A stretch of DNA of 64,000 nucleotides from Candidatus Spongiisociaceae bacterium (GCA_965202665.1 OZ241841.1:832001-896000); one strand, 5' to 3'; positions 1 to 10,524 are shown, counted from the stretch's first letter. The notes: generated from the sequence alone by a model not told the origin. Made by a program: numbers and translations.

Positions 1-397
1 CCTGATGCAAATCCACCGGTTGGCCGGCGGGCAACCCGTCCAAGATGGAGTCGGTAATCCGTTCCGCCAGCCGGCGCAACTCCCCGCCCAGGCGCCGGCG
101 GCTGCGTATCCAGCGGCCCAGCAAGGCCCCGTGGAAGGCGTGCTCCCTCCCCTCCATATGCAGAATCACCCGGCCGTGCACCGCCGACGAGCCGGGGCCG
201 AAGGGCAGGGGGCGGAAACTGCCGGAGTCGGACAGCGCCCGTTTCACATCCGAGTGGCGGGTGACCACCCAGCTGGCGAGCGGTTCGCACCAGAATATGG
301 GGTTGCGGGCGCGGGCTTCCCGGTACAGGGGAAAAGGGTCGGCTTCCCCGACCGCCACCGAGGCGAAGCGGGCGGAAATGTCACAGGGGGCGGTCAT
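1..397 (-). CDS. Cytochrome P450, N-terminal part (runs off window start)
   Basis: Not in ORF track. Manual minus-strand translation from ATG 397: MTAPCDISARFASVAVGEADPFPLYREARARNPIFWCEPLASWVVTRHSDVKRAL...ILHMEGREH, a typical bacterial P450 N-terminus. The heme Cys would lie outside the window. Confidence 0.75.
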   Translation of the reverse strand, partial: MTAPCDISARFASVAVGEADPFPLYREARARNPIFWCEPLASWVVTRHSDVKRALSDSGSFRPLPFGPGSSAVHGRVILHMEGREHAFHGALLGRWIRSRRRLGGELRRLAERITDSILDGLPAGQPVDLHQ

Positions 398-445
398 AAT
401 CCATGTTCAAATTGGGTCGGCTAACCTTTCGGGGACGCGGCGGCA

Positions 446-462
446 TTGTATACGGTATACTA
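446..462. promoter_or_regulatory. Palindromic GTATAC-G-GTATAC site, GntR/FadR-type operator candidate overlapping a TATACT -10 box
   Basis: TTGTATACGGTATACTA in the divergent P450/dctP intergenic gap; resembles TTGTATAC-type GntR boxes. Confidence 0.5.
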
Positions 463-515
463 CTAGGACCGTCCCCTGGAGACGCATCCGAAAAAAACCA
501 AGGAGGCAAAACAAA

Positions 516-3322
516 ATGCGCAAACTCACCGTCCTTATTCTCGCCCTGTCTTTACTGGCGGTCGCCTGCGGGGGCGATAGCGGCGAGACTACGACCACCA
601 CCGCCGCCCAGACCACCACCACGGCCGCCGCGGCCGCCGAAGAACCGGCCGCGACCACGACGGCCGCGCCCTCCCCGGTGGACGATCTGCCGGAGTTGAC
701 GGTGAATGTTGGGCATTCGGGGGCTCCGGACGGGTTTGCGGATGTGGCTTCGGTGCGGTTCAAGCAGTTGGTGGAGGAACGTTCGCAGGGGAAGATCACT
801 GTTGAGGTGTTTCCCAGCGGCCAGTTGGGAGGCGAACGGGAGTTGGTGGAAGGGGCCCAGATCGGGTCGGTGGACATGGCGGTGGTCCTGGCCGGGATTC
901 TGGAATCCTTCGTCCCCGACTTCGGGGTGCTCAACCTGCCCTATCTGTTCGACAACCGGGATCACGTGTTCTCCACCCTGGACGGGGAAGTAGGCGAAGG
1001 GCTCCTGGGCCTGCTCGACGATGTGCAACTGAAAGGATACGCCTTCGGGGAATTCGGGTTCCGGTCCATGATGACCGCCCCCCGGCCGATAAACACCCCG
1101 GCCGACCTGGACGGAATCAAAATCCGGGTCCCCGAATCCGACCTGTATATAGAAACGATGAGCCGGCTGGGGGCCACCCCCACCCCCATCCCCGGCCCGG
1201 AGATTTTCACCTCCCTGCAAAACGGAGTGGTGGAAGCGCCCACTGTCGCTGACCGAGACGCCGCTCTGCTGATGGTCGGATCCCAAGACCTGTGGAACCG
1301 GGCTGGTCAAACAGGCCGCCCACGCGGTCATCGAAGACGACGCCGGTTCGCCGAACTCCGAAACCAAGGATGGAGCATCACCGAAGTAGACAAAGCCCCC
1401 TTCCGCCAAGCAGTCGCCCCCATCTACGACGCCAACCCCGACCTGGAACCTCGCCGGGCACCGACGTGGACGCGTTGCCGGAGTTGACGGTGAATGTTGG
1501 GCATTCGGGGGCTCCGGACGGGTTTGCGGATGTGGCTTCGGTGCGGTTCAAGCAGTTGGTGGAGGAACGTTCGCAGGGGAAGATCACTGTTGAGGTGTTT
1601 CCCAGCGGCCAGTTGGGAGGCGAACGGGAGTTGGTGGAAGGGGCCCAGATCGGGTCGGTGGACATGGCGGTGGTCCTGGCCGGGATTCTGGAATCCTTCG
1701 TCCCCGACTTCGGGGTGCTCAACCTGCCCTATCTGTTCGACAACCGGGATCACGTGTTCTCCACCCTGGACGGGGAAGTAGGCGAAGGGCTCCTGGGCCT
1801 GCTCGACGATGTGCAACTGAAAGGATACGCCTTCGGGGAATTCGGGTTCCGGTCCATGATGACCGCCCCCCGGCCGATAAACACCCCGGCCGACCTGGAC
1901 GGAATCAAAATCCGGGTCCCCGAATCCGACCTGTATATAGAAACGATGAGCCGGCTGGGGGCCACCCCCACCCCCATCCCCGGCCCGGAGATTTTCACCT
2001 CCCTGCAAAACGGAGTGGTGGACGCCACCGAAGCGCCCATCTTCGCCGCGGTGACCCAAAAATATTACGAAACGCCGCTGGAGCACCTGTCGCTGACCGA
2101 GCACATCTACGCCGCTCTGCTGATGGTCGGATCCCAAGACCTGTGGAACCGGCTGGGCGACGCCGGGCAAGCCCTGGTCAAACAGGCCGCCCTCGACGCC
2201 GTCGACCACCAACGGAAGCAAAGCATCGAAGACGACGCCGGATACATCGCCGAACTCCGAAACCAAGGATGGAGCATCACCGAAGTAGACAAAGCCCCCT
2301 TCCGCCAAGCAGTCGCCCCCATCTACGACGCCAACCCCGACCTCGCCCAATGGGTAGAACGCATCCGCGGCGTAATCGGCGGAACCTCGCCGGGCACCGA
2401 CGTGGACGCGTTGCCGGAGTTGACGGTGAATGTTGGGCATTCGGGGGCTCCGGACGGGTTTGCGGATGTGGCTTCGGTGCGGTTCAAGCAGTTGGTGGAG
2501 GAACGTTCGCAGGGGAAGATCACTGTTGAGGTGTTTCCCAGCGGCCAGTTGGGAGGCGAACGGGAGTTGGTGGAAGGGGCCCAGATCGGGTCGGTGGACA
2601 TGGCGGTGGTCCTGGCCGGGATTCTGGAATCCTTCGTCCCCGACTTCGGGGTGCTCAACCTGCCCTATCTGTTCGACAACCGGGATCACGTGTTCTCCAC
2701 CCTGGACGGGGAAGTAGGCGAAGGGCTCCTGGGCCTGCTCGACGATGTGCAACTGAAAGGATACGCCTTCGGGGAATTCGGGTTCCGGTCCATGATGACC
2801 GCCCCCCGGCCGATAAACACCCCGGCCGACCTGGACGGAATCAAAATCCGGGTCCCCGAATCCGACCTGTATATAGAAACGATGAGCCAGCTGGGGGCCA
2901 CCCCCACCCCCATCCCCGGCCCGGAGATTTTCACCTCCCTGCAAAACGGAGTGGTGGACGCCACCGAAGCGCCCATCTTCGCCGCGGTGACCCAAAAATA
3001 TTACGAAACGCCGCTGGAGCACCTGTCGCTGACCGAGCACATCTACGCCGCTCTGCTGATGGTCGGATCCCAAGACCTGTGGAACCGGCTGGGCGACGCC
3101 GGGCAAGCCCTGGTCAAACAGGCCGCCCTCGACGCCGTCGACCACCAACGGAAGCAAAGCATCGAAGACGACGCCGGATACATCGCCGAACTCCAAAACC
3201 AAGGGTGGAGCATCACCGAAGTCGACAAAGCCCCCTTCCGCCAAGCAGTCGCCCCCATCTACGACGCCAACCCCGACCTCGCCCAATGGGTAGAACGCAT
3301 CCGCGGCGTAGTCGGCGGATGA
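516..3322 (+). CDS. dctP: TRAP substrate-binding lipoprotein with three tandem DctP domains (first copy deleted/frameshifted)
   Basis: RBS AAGGAGG, lipobox LAVAC, Thr/Ala linker, DctP motifs (FPSGQLGGERELVEG, DLDGIKIRVP, LQNGVVD). Frame shifts within about 1232-1470. Confidence 0.85.
688..3319 (+). repeat. Tandem 936-bp repeat x3 (units start at 688, 1476, 2412; first unit 788 bp)
   Basis: Identical shadow ORFs at 706/1494/2430; units 2 and 3 differ at only about 5 positions near their ends. Confidence 0.95.
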
Positions 3323-3362
3323 CCTCCCGCGGAGTCGGAGGGCCCGGGGAACGGCCCGACCG

Positions 3363-3908
3363 ATGAACAAAGCCCTCAACGGGTTCCACCTGTTGAGCGC
3401 CGGCCTGGAGCGGGGCCTGCGGGTCCTGCTCGGGCTGGTGTTGGCCGTCCTCACCGGCATACTCTTCCTGCAGGTAATCATGCGGTTCGTGTTCGTCAAC
3501 TCGCTCACCTGGGCGGAGGAAGTGCCCCGCATCATCCTCATCTGGCTGGTTTTCCTCGGGCTGATCCCCACCGTCAAAGGCCAGCACCTGATCATCGACG
3601 TGCTCGGCGACCGGCCCTGGCTGCGCTATCTGAGCACGGCCGTGAAATGGGCGGTGCTGGTGTTCTTTTTGGTGAAAGGCATCGACGTGGTGACCAAGGT
3701 GATCGGCCAGAAAATGCCGGTCACCGGCATCTCCCGGGCCTGGCAGTACGGGGCCGCCCCGGTGGGGGCGGGGATAGCGGCCATCGTGGGCATCGACGAG
3801 TTCATCGGCCTGATCCGCAGCCGGGCCAAGGAAACCTACGAGATGGAGAGCGTGCTGTCGGCGGCCGGAATGGCCGGAGAAGAAACCGAAACCGCGGGCG
3901 CCGGCTAG
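3363..3908 (+). CDS. dctQ: TRAP small permease
   Basis: QVIMRFVF..LTWAEEVPR motif, 4 hydrophobic segments, between dctP and dctM. Confidence 0.9.
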   Translation: MNKALNGFHLLSAGLERGLRVLLGLVLAVLTGILFLQVIMRFVFVNSLTWAEEVPRIILIWLVFLGLIPTVKGQHLIIDVLGDRPWLRYLSTAVKWAVLVFFLVKGIDVVTKVIGQKMPVTGISRAWQYGAAPVGAGIAAIVGIDEFIGLIRSRAKETYEMESVLSAAGMAGEETETAGAG

Positions 3909-3912
3909 CCCA

Positions 3913-5193
3913 ATGGAACTGTTCCTGGTTTTTTTGACCCTGTTCGGGTTGCTCATTCTGCGCGTTCCCATCTTCGCCGCCCTGGCCGGGGCCACCATCG
4001 TGGGGATACTGCTGGAACCCCGCCTGACGCTTTTGGAAGTGGTGCGCAACTCCATCATCGGCATCGACTCGCTGGTGCTGTTCGCCGCCCCCCTGTTCGT
4101 GCTGGCCGGCAACCTGATCCTGGTGGGCGGGGTGTCGGAGCGGCTCATCGGATGGGTGGACAACCTGTTCGGGTTCAGCCGCCTGCGCCTGGCCTACGTC
4201 AACGTGTTCGGTTCCATGTTCTTCGGCGGCATCTCCGGGTCGGCCACCGCCGACTCGGCCGCCATCGGATCGGTGCTGGTCCCGGCGATGAAACGGCAGG
4301 GCTACCCCACCCCCTATGCGGCGTCGGTGACCGCCGCTTCCAGTTCCATCGGCATCATCGTCCCCCCCAGCGTGCCCATGATCCTGGCCGGGGCGGCCAC
4401 CAGCGTGTCGGTCACCAAACTGTTCGTAGGCGGATACGGACCGGGGTTGCTCATCGCCCTGTCGCTGGCGACGGTGGCTTACCTGCGCCGCCCCAAAGGA
4501 TGGCAAGCGGAGCGCATCAGATGGAACTGGAAACGGATGGGGGTGCGCACTTGGCGGGCCCTGCCGGCCTTGGTGTTCCCGGTGGTGATAATGGTCGGCA
4601 TTCTGGGCGGAGTGTTCACCGCCACCGAAGCGGCGGCGGTGGCGGTGGTGTACGCCCTGTTGGTTTCCCTGCTCATCTACCGGGAACTGGGCTGGAAAGG
4701 CCTCATCAAGTCGCTGTCGGATTCGGCCATGTTCGCGGCGGTGCTGTTCATCATCGTGGCCACCGCCCAAGCCTTCGGGTGGTATCTCACTTACACCCGG
4801 GTGCCGCAAAAACTGGCCGACTTCATGCTGTCCGTCTCCGAAAGCCGGGTGGTGGTGATTCTGCTGATGATTCTGCTGCTGCTGGTGGTGGGAACTTTCA
4901 TGGAAACGGTGCCCATCGTGCTGGTTCTCTACCCCATTCTGGAGCCGATCGCCGTCCAAATCGGCATGGACCCCATCCACTACGGAGTGACTTTCATGGC
5001 CGCCATCGCGGTGGGGCTGCTCACCCCTCCCTACGGGGTGCTCTTGTTCGTCAACTCCAAAATCGCGGGCATCCCTTCCGCCCAACTGATCCGGGCGGTG
5101 ATCCCGTTCGTCATCGCCCTCGTCATCGACGCCCTGATCATCGCTTTCGTTCCGGCGTTGGTGCTGGGCCCGGTTGAATTATTCTTCGGCTAA
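3913..5193 (+). CDS. dctM: TRAP large permease
   Basis: FFGGISGSATADSAAIG, IIVPPS, GVFTATEAA, GLLTPPYG motifs. Confidence 0.95.
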   Translation: MELFLVFLTLFGLLILRVPIFAALAGATIVGILLEPRLTLLEVVRNSIIGIDSLVLFAAPLFVLAGNLILVGGVSERLIGWVDNLFGFSRLRLAYVNVFGSMFFGGISGSATADSAAIGSVLVPAMKRQGYPTPYAASVTAASSSIGIIVPPSVPMILAGAATSVSVTKLFVGGYGPGLLIALSLATVAYLRRPKGWQAERIRWNWKRMGVRTWRALPALVFPVVIMVGILGGVFTATEAAAVAVVYALLVSLLIYRELGWKGLIKSLSDSAMFAAVLFIIVATAQAFGWYLTYTRVPQKLADFMLSVSESRVVVILLMILLLLVVGTFMETVPIVLVLYPILEPIAVQIGMDPIHYGVTFMAAIAVGLLTPPYGVLLFVNSKIAGIPSAQLIRAVIPFVIALVIDALIIAFVPALVLGPVELFFG

Positions 5194-5219
5194 CGGACGA
5201 CAGGAGGCAAGGAGGAACC

Positions 5220-6662
5220 ATGAACCAGGAAACCAACCCCGCGACCGGCCCCGGGCGGGAAACATACCGGATCCTTTCCTTCGTGAACCACGTCCCGGTG
5301 CATCCCGACCTGGGCGGGTTCTTGGAGCGGGCCCGCCGGCTGGGCGTGGACGCGGTGTGCTCGCAGGGCACCGGAATGGACTTCGGCCCCTACATGCTGG
5401 GCTCCGGCACCCAATTCACCACCGACAACTTCAAAGACAACGTGCGCCCCTACCTCAAGTTCGCCCGGGAGTTGGACATTCCCTTCATCCTGTCGGTGGG
5501 AATAGCCGGGGGGCGCATACAACTCGACGCCTGCCTGGAGCGCATCGACGAAATCGCCGCCGAAGAGGACCTGCCGCTGCGGGTGGGGGTGATCGACGGA
5601 GAAGTGGACCGGGAGGCCCTGGCCGAACGGTTGCGGAACGGGGGGCGGGCCCGGCGGGCGGTGGACTCCCCCGCCCTGTCGGAATGGCTCACCCCCGAAG
5701 ACGCGCTGGCCTCCGAACACATCGTGGCCCAGATGGGACCGGAGCCGATCATGGCCGCCCTGGAGGCGGGAGTGGACGGGGTGATCACCGGCCGGGCCTT
5801 GGACGTGGGGGTGTACATGGCCCCGGCCCTTTTAGCCGGGTTCCCCAAAGGCCCGGTCACCCACCTGGCCAAAGTCATCGAATGCGCCGGCCTGGCCCTG
5901 CATCCCGGCGATCCCAGCGAACCCATCTACGGCGTTGCGGACCGGGAGGGGCTGACCGTGTATCCGCTGAGCGGCAACCAGCGGGCCACTCCCCGCTCCA
6001 TCGCCGGCCATTCCATGTACGAACGGGACAACCCGTTCCGGGAGCGCAACCCGGGCGGCTACCTGGACCTGACCGAAGCCTGGTACGAACAGACGGCGGA
6101 CGGCGGGGTGCGTTCGCAGGGGGCGGCGTGGGTGGACGAGCCGTACACGGTGAAACTGGAGGGGGCGCGGCGCAACGGCTACCGCACCGTCTCCTTCTTC
6201 GGGGTCCGCGAACCCCGTTTCATCGCCCAACTGGACGGCTTTTTGGACAACATCCGGGAAACCCTGCGCGCCTCGCGTCGCTTCGGGCATCTGGACGAAG
6301 GCAAGCATTACACGATCACCTTCGACCAGTACGGGCGCAACGGGGTGCTGGGCCCCAACGAGCCCCTGCTGGACCGGGTTCCGCACGAGATCGGCCTGCT
6401 GGTGGACGTGATCGCCGAAACCAAAGAACTGGCGGAAAGCCTGTCATACTACGTTTGCATGGAGTTGTGGATCAAGCCCTATCCGGGGCGGCAGACCACC
6501 GCCGGCAATTTGGCCACCCGCTTCGCCCCGCCCACCATCAACGTGGGCGACGCCTACTCTTTCAACGTGTGGCATCTACTGGAGTTGGACGACCCGACCG
6601 AGCTGTTCCCTTACGAAATAGCGGATTTCCCCCGACGGGCGGGGGCGGGAGGGCCGCAATGA
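5220..6662 (+). CDS. AtuA-like (DUF1446) protein
   Basis: GTGMDFGPYMLGSG, VAQMGPEPIMAAL..GVDGVITGRALD, AKVIEC, HSMYERDNP motifs; followed by DUF4387. Confidence 0.75.
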   Translation: MNQETNPATGPGRETYRILSFVNHVPVHPDLGGFLERARRLGVDAVCSQGTGMDFGPYMLGSGTQFTTDNFKDNVRPYLKFARELDIPFILSVGIAGGRIQLDACLERIDEIAAEEDLPLRVGVIDGEVDREALAERLRNGGRARRAVDSPALSEWLTPEDALASEHIVAQMGPEPIMAALEAGVDGVITGRALDVGVYMAPALLAGFPKGPVTHLAKVIECAGLALHPGDPSEPIYGVADREGLTVYPLSGNQRATPRSIAGHSMYERDNPFRERNPGGYLDLTEAWYEQTADGGVRSQGAAWVDEPYTVKLEGARRNGYRTVSFFGVREPRFIAQLDGFLDNIRETLRASRRFGHLDEGKHYTITFDQYGRNGVLGPNEPLLDRVPHEIGLLVDVIAETKELAESLSYYVCMELWIKPYPGRQTTAGNLATRFAPPTINVGDAYSFNVWHLLELDDPTELFPYEIADFPRRAGAGGPQ

Positions 6663-6976
6663 CCGCCTTGCGCGATCTGGCCGGAACCTTGCGGAGCAAA
6701 AACTCCGACCCGTTCAGCACCACCTTCGACGTCTTCTTCGACGACGAAGCCGCCTACCAGCGGGTGAAGCGGTCGGGGGTGGTCAACGCCCCGGACATCG
6801 CCCGCCTCTACGGGCTGACCGAGGACGGGGTGCTGGGCATCTACTTCCTGGACGCCGCTTTGGCCTTCAAAGTGACGCTGGCCAAAGACATACCCTCCTC
6901 CGACCCGGCCTGCAAAGACGTGTTCGGCGCCCATCAGCACCTGCAGTTGTCCAACATTGAAATTCCGGATCCTTGA
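6659..6976 (+). CDS. DUF4387 family protein
   Basis: ATGA overlap with upstream stop; LRSKNSDPFSTTFDVFF...DVFGAHQH. Confidence 0.8.
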   Translation: MTALRDLAGTLRSKNSDPFSTTFDVFFDDEAAYQRVKRSGVVNAPDIARLYGLTEDGVLGIYFLDAALAFKVTLAKDIPSSDPACKDVFGAHQHLQLSNIEIPDP

Positions 6977-7003
6977 ATCCGGCAAGCGACAGGAGGTAAC
7001 ACT

Positions 7004-7573
7004 ATGACCGTTCTGCTGGATCCCACCGCCGAAGAGTTCCGCCGGTTCGCCGCCGGGGAGGAACTGAAGCCGATCGAAGCGGCCGAGTTGAACGTGGCGG
7101 TGCTCAACTCCCGCTGGGAGAGCATGACCCGCATCTCCCAGATCCTGGACGAGCGGCTGGCCGACCGGCCCGATGTGGGACGGGTGGACCATTGGAAAAT
7201 CAAGCACTCCGAGCCGACTCCCGAAGACGTGCTGGACCAGATAACCGGAACCAGCCACTTCGCCATCCTCGGCTTGGGCAACTGAGGGGCGTGCACCGCG
7301 TGGAGTTGCCACGATGGAACCGAACTGAGAAGAAGGAACATCCCCACCGTGTTGCTGATCACCGAAGCCTTCGAAGAGTTGGCGGCCGCCACCCTGCTCA
7401 GCCGGGGGATGCCCGACCTGCCCATGATCGTCCTGCCCCACGAAACCGAGGTGCTGACCATGGAGGAGTTGCGCCCCATCGTCAACCGGGCCGTCGACTA
7501 CGACCTGTTCCCGCTAATGGACGCGGCCAAAGAAGGGGCCCTCCGGGACATCGGCTCCGCCGTCGAAATGTAA
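7004..7573 (+). CDS. UGSC-family selenoprotein (Sec at TGA 7283-7285, motif U-G-A-C), 189 aa
   Basis: Track ORFs 7004-7285 and 7349-7573 are in frame and separated by one TGA: ILGLGN-U-GACTAWSCHDGTELRRRNIPTVLLITEAF. RBS CAGGAGG upstream; SECIS-like hairpin downstream. Confidence 0.85.
7296..7317 (+). other. Bacterial SECIS-like hairpin
   Basis: CCG-CGTGG [AGTTG] CCACG-a-TGG; stem begins at +11 after the UGA, G in second loop position. Confidence 0.65.
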
Positions 7574-7597
7574 ACGGGCGGGGAGGACGATGACTCC

Positions 7598-8653
7598 ATG
7601 AGCGCGGTTTCCTCGCTTACCTCCCGGGCGTTGGAGGCGCCGCCGGGGGCGGACCTGGACGAAATCCAAGACTGGTTTCACGAACGGGACCTGTCGGACG
7701 GACTGCCCGTCATCCCCCCCACCCCGCACCGGGTGGCGGCCATGGTGGAAGGATCGGGCCTGCCCGCCGCGCGCGAAGTGGGGGTGATGAACCCGGAGCG
7801 GGGCCTGGCCACGGTGGAAAAACTGGCCGTAAACGCGGTGATGGCCGGGTGCCGCCCCGAATATATGCCGGTGGTGACGGCGGCGGTGGAGGCGATGTGC
7901 GAGCCGCTGTTCAACCTGCACGCCATCCAATCCACCACCAACCCGGCCACTCCCCTGTTCATCGTCAACGGCCCCATCCGGCGGGCGATAGGAATGAACA
8001 CCGACCGCAACCTTTTAGGGCCGGGCAACCGGGCCAACGCCGCCATCGGACGGGCGGTGCGCCTGGCCATGCGCAACATCGGAGGGGCGTACGTGGGCGT
8101 GGACCAGGCCACACACGGCAGCCCCGCCAAATACACCCTGTGCATCGCCGAAGACGAAGAGTCCAGCCCCTGGGGCCCCCTGCACGCGGACAAAGGGTTC
8201 GAGGCGGCTGATTCGGTAGTGACCGCGGCCGGGGTGGAGTCGGTTATCAACAGCACCGCGGTGTGGTGGACGGCCCCTTCGCTTATGAAAATGCTGGCTA
8301 AGACGATGCGCACCACCGCCACCAGCCAGTTTTTCTCCCGGGGAACCCTCACCCTGATGATGAGCCCCGCCCACGCCGGGGTGTTCGCCCGGGCCGGTTA
8401 CGGCAAGGAACGGCTGCGGGAAGAACTTTGGGAGGCGGGGAAGGTGCCTTTGTCCGATTTCCCGCCGGAGGGGAACATCCCGCAGGGGGAATGGACGACG
8501 GACGGGGACAAAGTGCTCCTGTGCGAGTCGCCCGCCGATCTGAACCTGATCGTGGCGGGCGGAACCGAAGGCAACGCCTCCCATTCGGTGTTTTTCTCCG
8601 GGTTCTGCCTGTCAAAAGGGGTGAGCAAAAAAATAAACTGGAGCGGACGGTGA
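7598..8653 (+). CDS. Conserved UGSC-associated hypothetical protein (DGLPVIPPT family)
   Basis: SDGLPVIPPTPHRV, ATVEKLAVNAVMAGCRPEYMPV, PGNRANAAIGRA, THGSPAKY, EDEESSPW. Confidence 0.75.
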   Translation: MSAVSSLTSRALEAPPGADLDEIQDWFHERDLSDGLPVIPPTPHRVAAMVEGSGLPAAREVGVMNPERGLATVEKLAVNAVMAGCRPEYMPVVTAAVEAMCEPLFNLHAIQSTTNPATPLFIVNGPIRRAIGMNTDRNLLGPGNRANAAIGRAVRLAMRNIGGAYVGVDQATHGSPAKYTLCIAEDEESSPWGPLHADKGFEAADSVVTAAGVESVINSTAVWWTAPSLMKMLAKTMRTTATSQFFSRGTLTLMMSPAHAGVFARAGYGKERLREELWEAGKVPLSDFPPEGNIPQGEWTTDGDKVLLCESPADLNLIVAGGTEGNASHSVFFSGFCLSKGVSKKINWSGR

Positions 8654-9771
8654 GCGGGCTGGGCGAACGGGTGCTGTCGGCCGCCCGGGCCCGGATAAGC
8701 CCGCTGGTGGACGAGTGGGAACGGTCGGGGACCTCTTTGGAAACGATGCGGGAGTTCTCCCGGGAGTTGGGTTTGACCTCTTTGCGCACTCCCGCCCATC
8801 GAGGGGGATCCCCCCGCCCGTGGGCGGAAATAACGGGAGCGGCCCGCAGCCTGGGGCGGGTGTACCGGCTGTTCGGACTGGTGCTGGTCAACAACGTGAT
8901 CGCCTCTTTTCTGGGCGAGCGGGGCTCGGACGGGCAGTGGGAAAAATGGGGGGCCCCCATTCACCGGGGAGACGCCCTGCTGGTGCTGGCCCTGACCGAA
9001 GAGGGGGCGGGCAACGACTTGGCGGCCATCGCGGCTTCAGTGACGGAGGAAGCGGGGGGCGGGTTGCGCCTCCGAGGGGAGAAAGTGTTCGCCCCGGGCG
9101 CCGACCAACTGCCGGGGGTGGTGACTTTGGCCCGGCACGGGGAGGGAACCTCCGTTCTGGCGGTCCCCACCGACGCGGAAGGGGTTTCCGTCCAGCCGAT
9201 GGGAAAGGGAATGTCGTTGCGGGGGGCGGCGATTTGCCGGGTGGCGTTCAACGACTGCCGGTTGCCTTCCGACCATCTGATCGGAACCCCCGGCCGGGGA
9301 TTGGAAGAGTTGCGCCCCCACCTGTTGGGCAGCCGGCTAAACACTTCCGGGCTGGCTTTGGGGGCGGCTGAAGAGGCTTTGGAGTTGGCCGCCGCCCACA
9401 CCGCCTCCACCGTCCGCTTCGGAAAACCTTTGAACCGGCTGGGAGCGGTGCGGCAACGGCTGGGGGACATGGCGTCCCGCGCCTCCGCCGCCAAAGCTTT
9501 GCTGGAGGCGGCGGCGGCGGCCTTGGACGACCGGGGCCCGCAGGCCGAAGCCCTGGTTTCGTCCGCCAAAGCCTTCATCACCGACACGGCGGCGGCGGTG
9601 ACCGGCGGAGCGCTGGAACTGTTCGGCGGATGGGGGTTCTTTGAGAACCGGCGGGTGGAAAGGCTGGTGCGGGAAGCGAAGCTGGGCTTGGCGGTGGACG
9701 GGGCCAACGACATCCACCGCGACATAGTCGCCCGCAGTCTGAGTCGGGGCGAACCCGGGAAAGGAGGCTAA
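8650..9771 (+). CDS. Acyl-CoA dehydrogenase family protein (divergent)
   Basis: GTG overlapping upstream stop; LALTEEGAGND, LRGEKVF, RFGKPL, LFGGWGF, DGANDIHR. Confidence 0.8.
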   Translation: MSGLGERVLSAARARISPLVDEWERSGTSLETMREFSRELGLTSLRTPAHRGGSPRPWAEITGAARSLGRVYRLFGLVLVNNVIASFLGERGSDGQWEKWGAPIHRGDALLVLALTEEGAGNDLAAIAASVTEEAGGGLRLRGEKVFAPGADQLPGVVTLARHGEGTSVLAVPTDAEGVSVQPMGKGMSLRGAAICRVAFNDCRLPSDHLIGTPGRGLEELRPHLLGSRLNTSGLALGAAEEALELAAAHTASTVRFGKPLNRLGAVRQRLGDMASRASAAKALLEAAAAALDDRGPQAEALVSSAKAFITDTAAAVTGGALELFGGWGFFENRRVERLVREAKLGLAVDGANDIHRDIVARSLSRGEPGKGG

Positions 9772-10524
9772 ATGAGCGGCGGAACGGCCATTATCACCGG
9801 AGGGGGCAGCGGCATCGGCTGGAAAATAGCCGAGACCCTGTTGGAGCGGAACCCGGACTTGGGGTGCGCCCTGGTGGATTTGCAGGAGGGTGAGTCCGGG
9901 GCGTTGCGGGAGCGGTTTCCGGAGCGGGTCCTGGTCGTGCCGTCGGACGTAACCGATCATCGGGCGGCGGAGCGGGCCGTGTCGGAAATAGCCGCCTGGC
10001 GTTCCCCGGTGCGATGGCTGGTCACCTGCGCCGGGGTGCAGATCGCGGGGGACAGTTTCGAGATGGACCCGGACGACTGGCGCAAAGTGCTCGACATTCA
10101 CCTGTCGGGGACTTTCTTCTGGTGCCAGGCGGCGGGCCGGGAGATGCGCCGCCACGGGGGCGGGGCGATCGTCACTATGGGTTCGATTGCCATGTGGTTC
10201 GGTTTTCCGGGGCGGGCCCCTTACACGGCCGCCAAAGCGGGCATCGGGGGTTTGACCAAAGTGCTGGCGGTGGAATGGGCCCCGTACGGGATCCGGGTGA
10301 ACGGGATCGCGCCGGGGATGATCCGCACCCCCCTGTGGGAGCGGGCCATGCGCAACGGCCTGGTCAACTTGGAGGACTCCGAGGCCGCCCACGCCATGAA
10401 GCGGCTGGGGGCCGCTTCGGAAGTGGCGGAGGCGGCCGCCTGGCTGCTGTCGGACGCCGCCTCCTATGTGACCGGCGACGTCCTAAAAGTGGACGGCGGG
10501 TTCCGGGCTTACAAGATCGACTGA
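9772..10524 (+). CDS. Short-chain dehydrogenase/reductase
   Basis: TGGGSGIG, YTAAK, IRVNGIAPG. Confidence 0.95.
   Translation: MSGGTAIITGGGSGIGWKIAETLLERNPDLGCALVDLQEGESGALRERFPERVLVVPSDVTDHRAAERAVSEIAAWRSPVRWLVTCAGVQIAGDSFEMDPDDWRKVLDIHLSGTFFWCQAAGREMRRHGGGAIVTMGSIAMWFGFPGRAPYTAAKAGIGGLTKVLAVEWAPYGIRVNGIAPGMIRTPLWERAMRNGLVNLEDSEAAHAMKRLGAASEVAEAAAWLLSDAASYVTGDVLKVDGGFRAYKID

Noticed and set aside
45-515. N-terminal extension of dctP in the ORF track
   Set aside because: Overlaps the P450 on the other strand; RBS and lipobox place the start at 516
1424-3595. 723-aa minus-strand ORF and other long antisense ORFs (e.g. 22406-24010, 55572-57941, 61492-63399)
   Set aside because: Shadow frames of well-supported genes in high-GC DNA; no motifs
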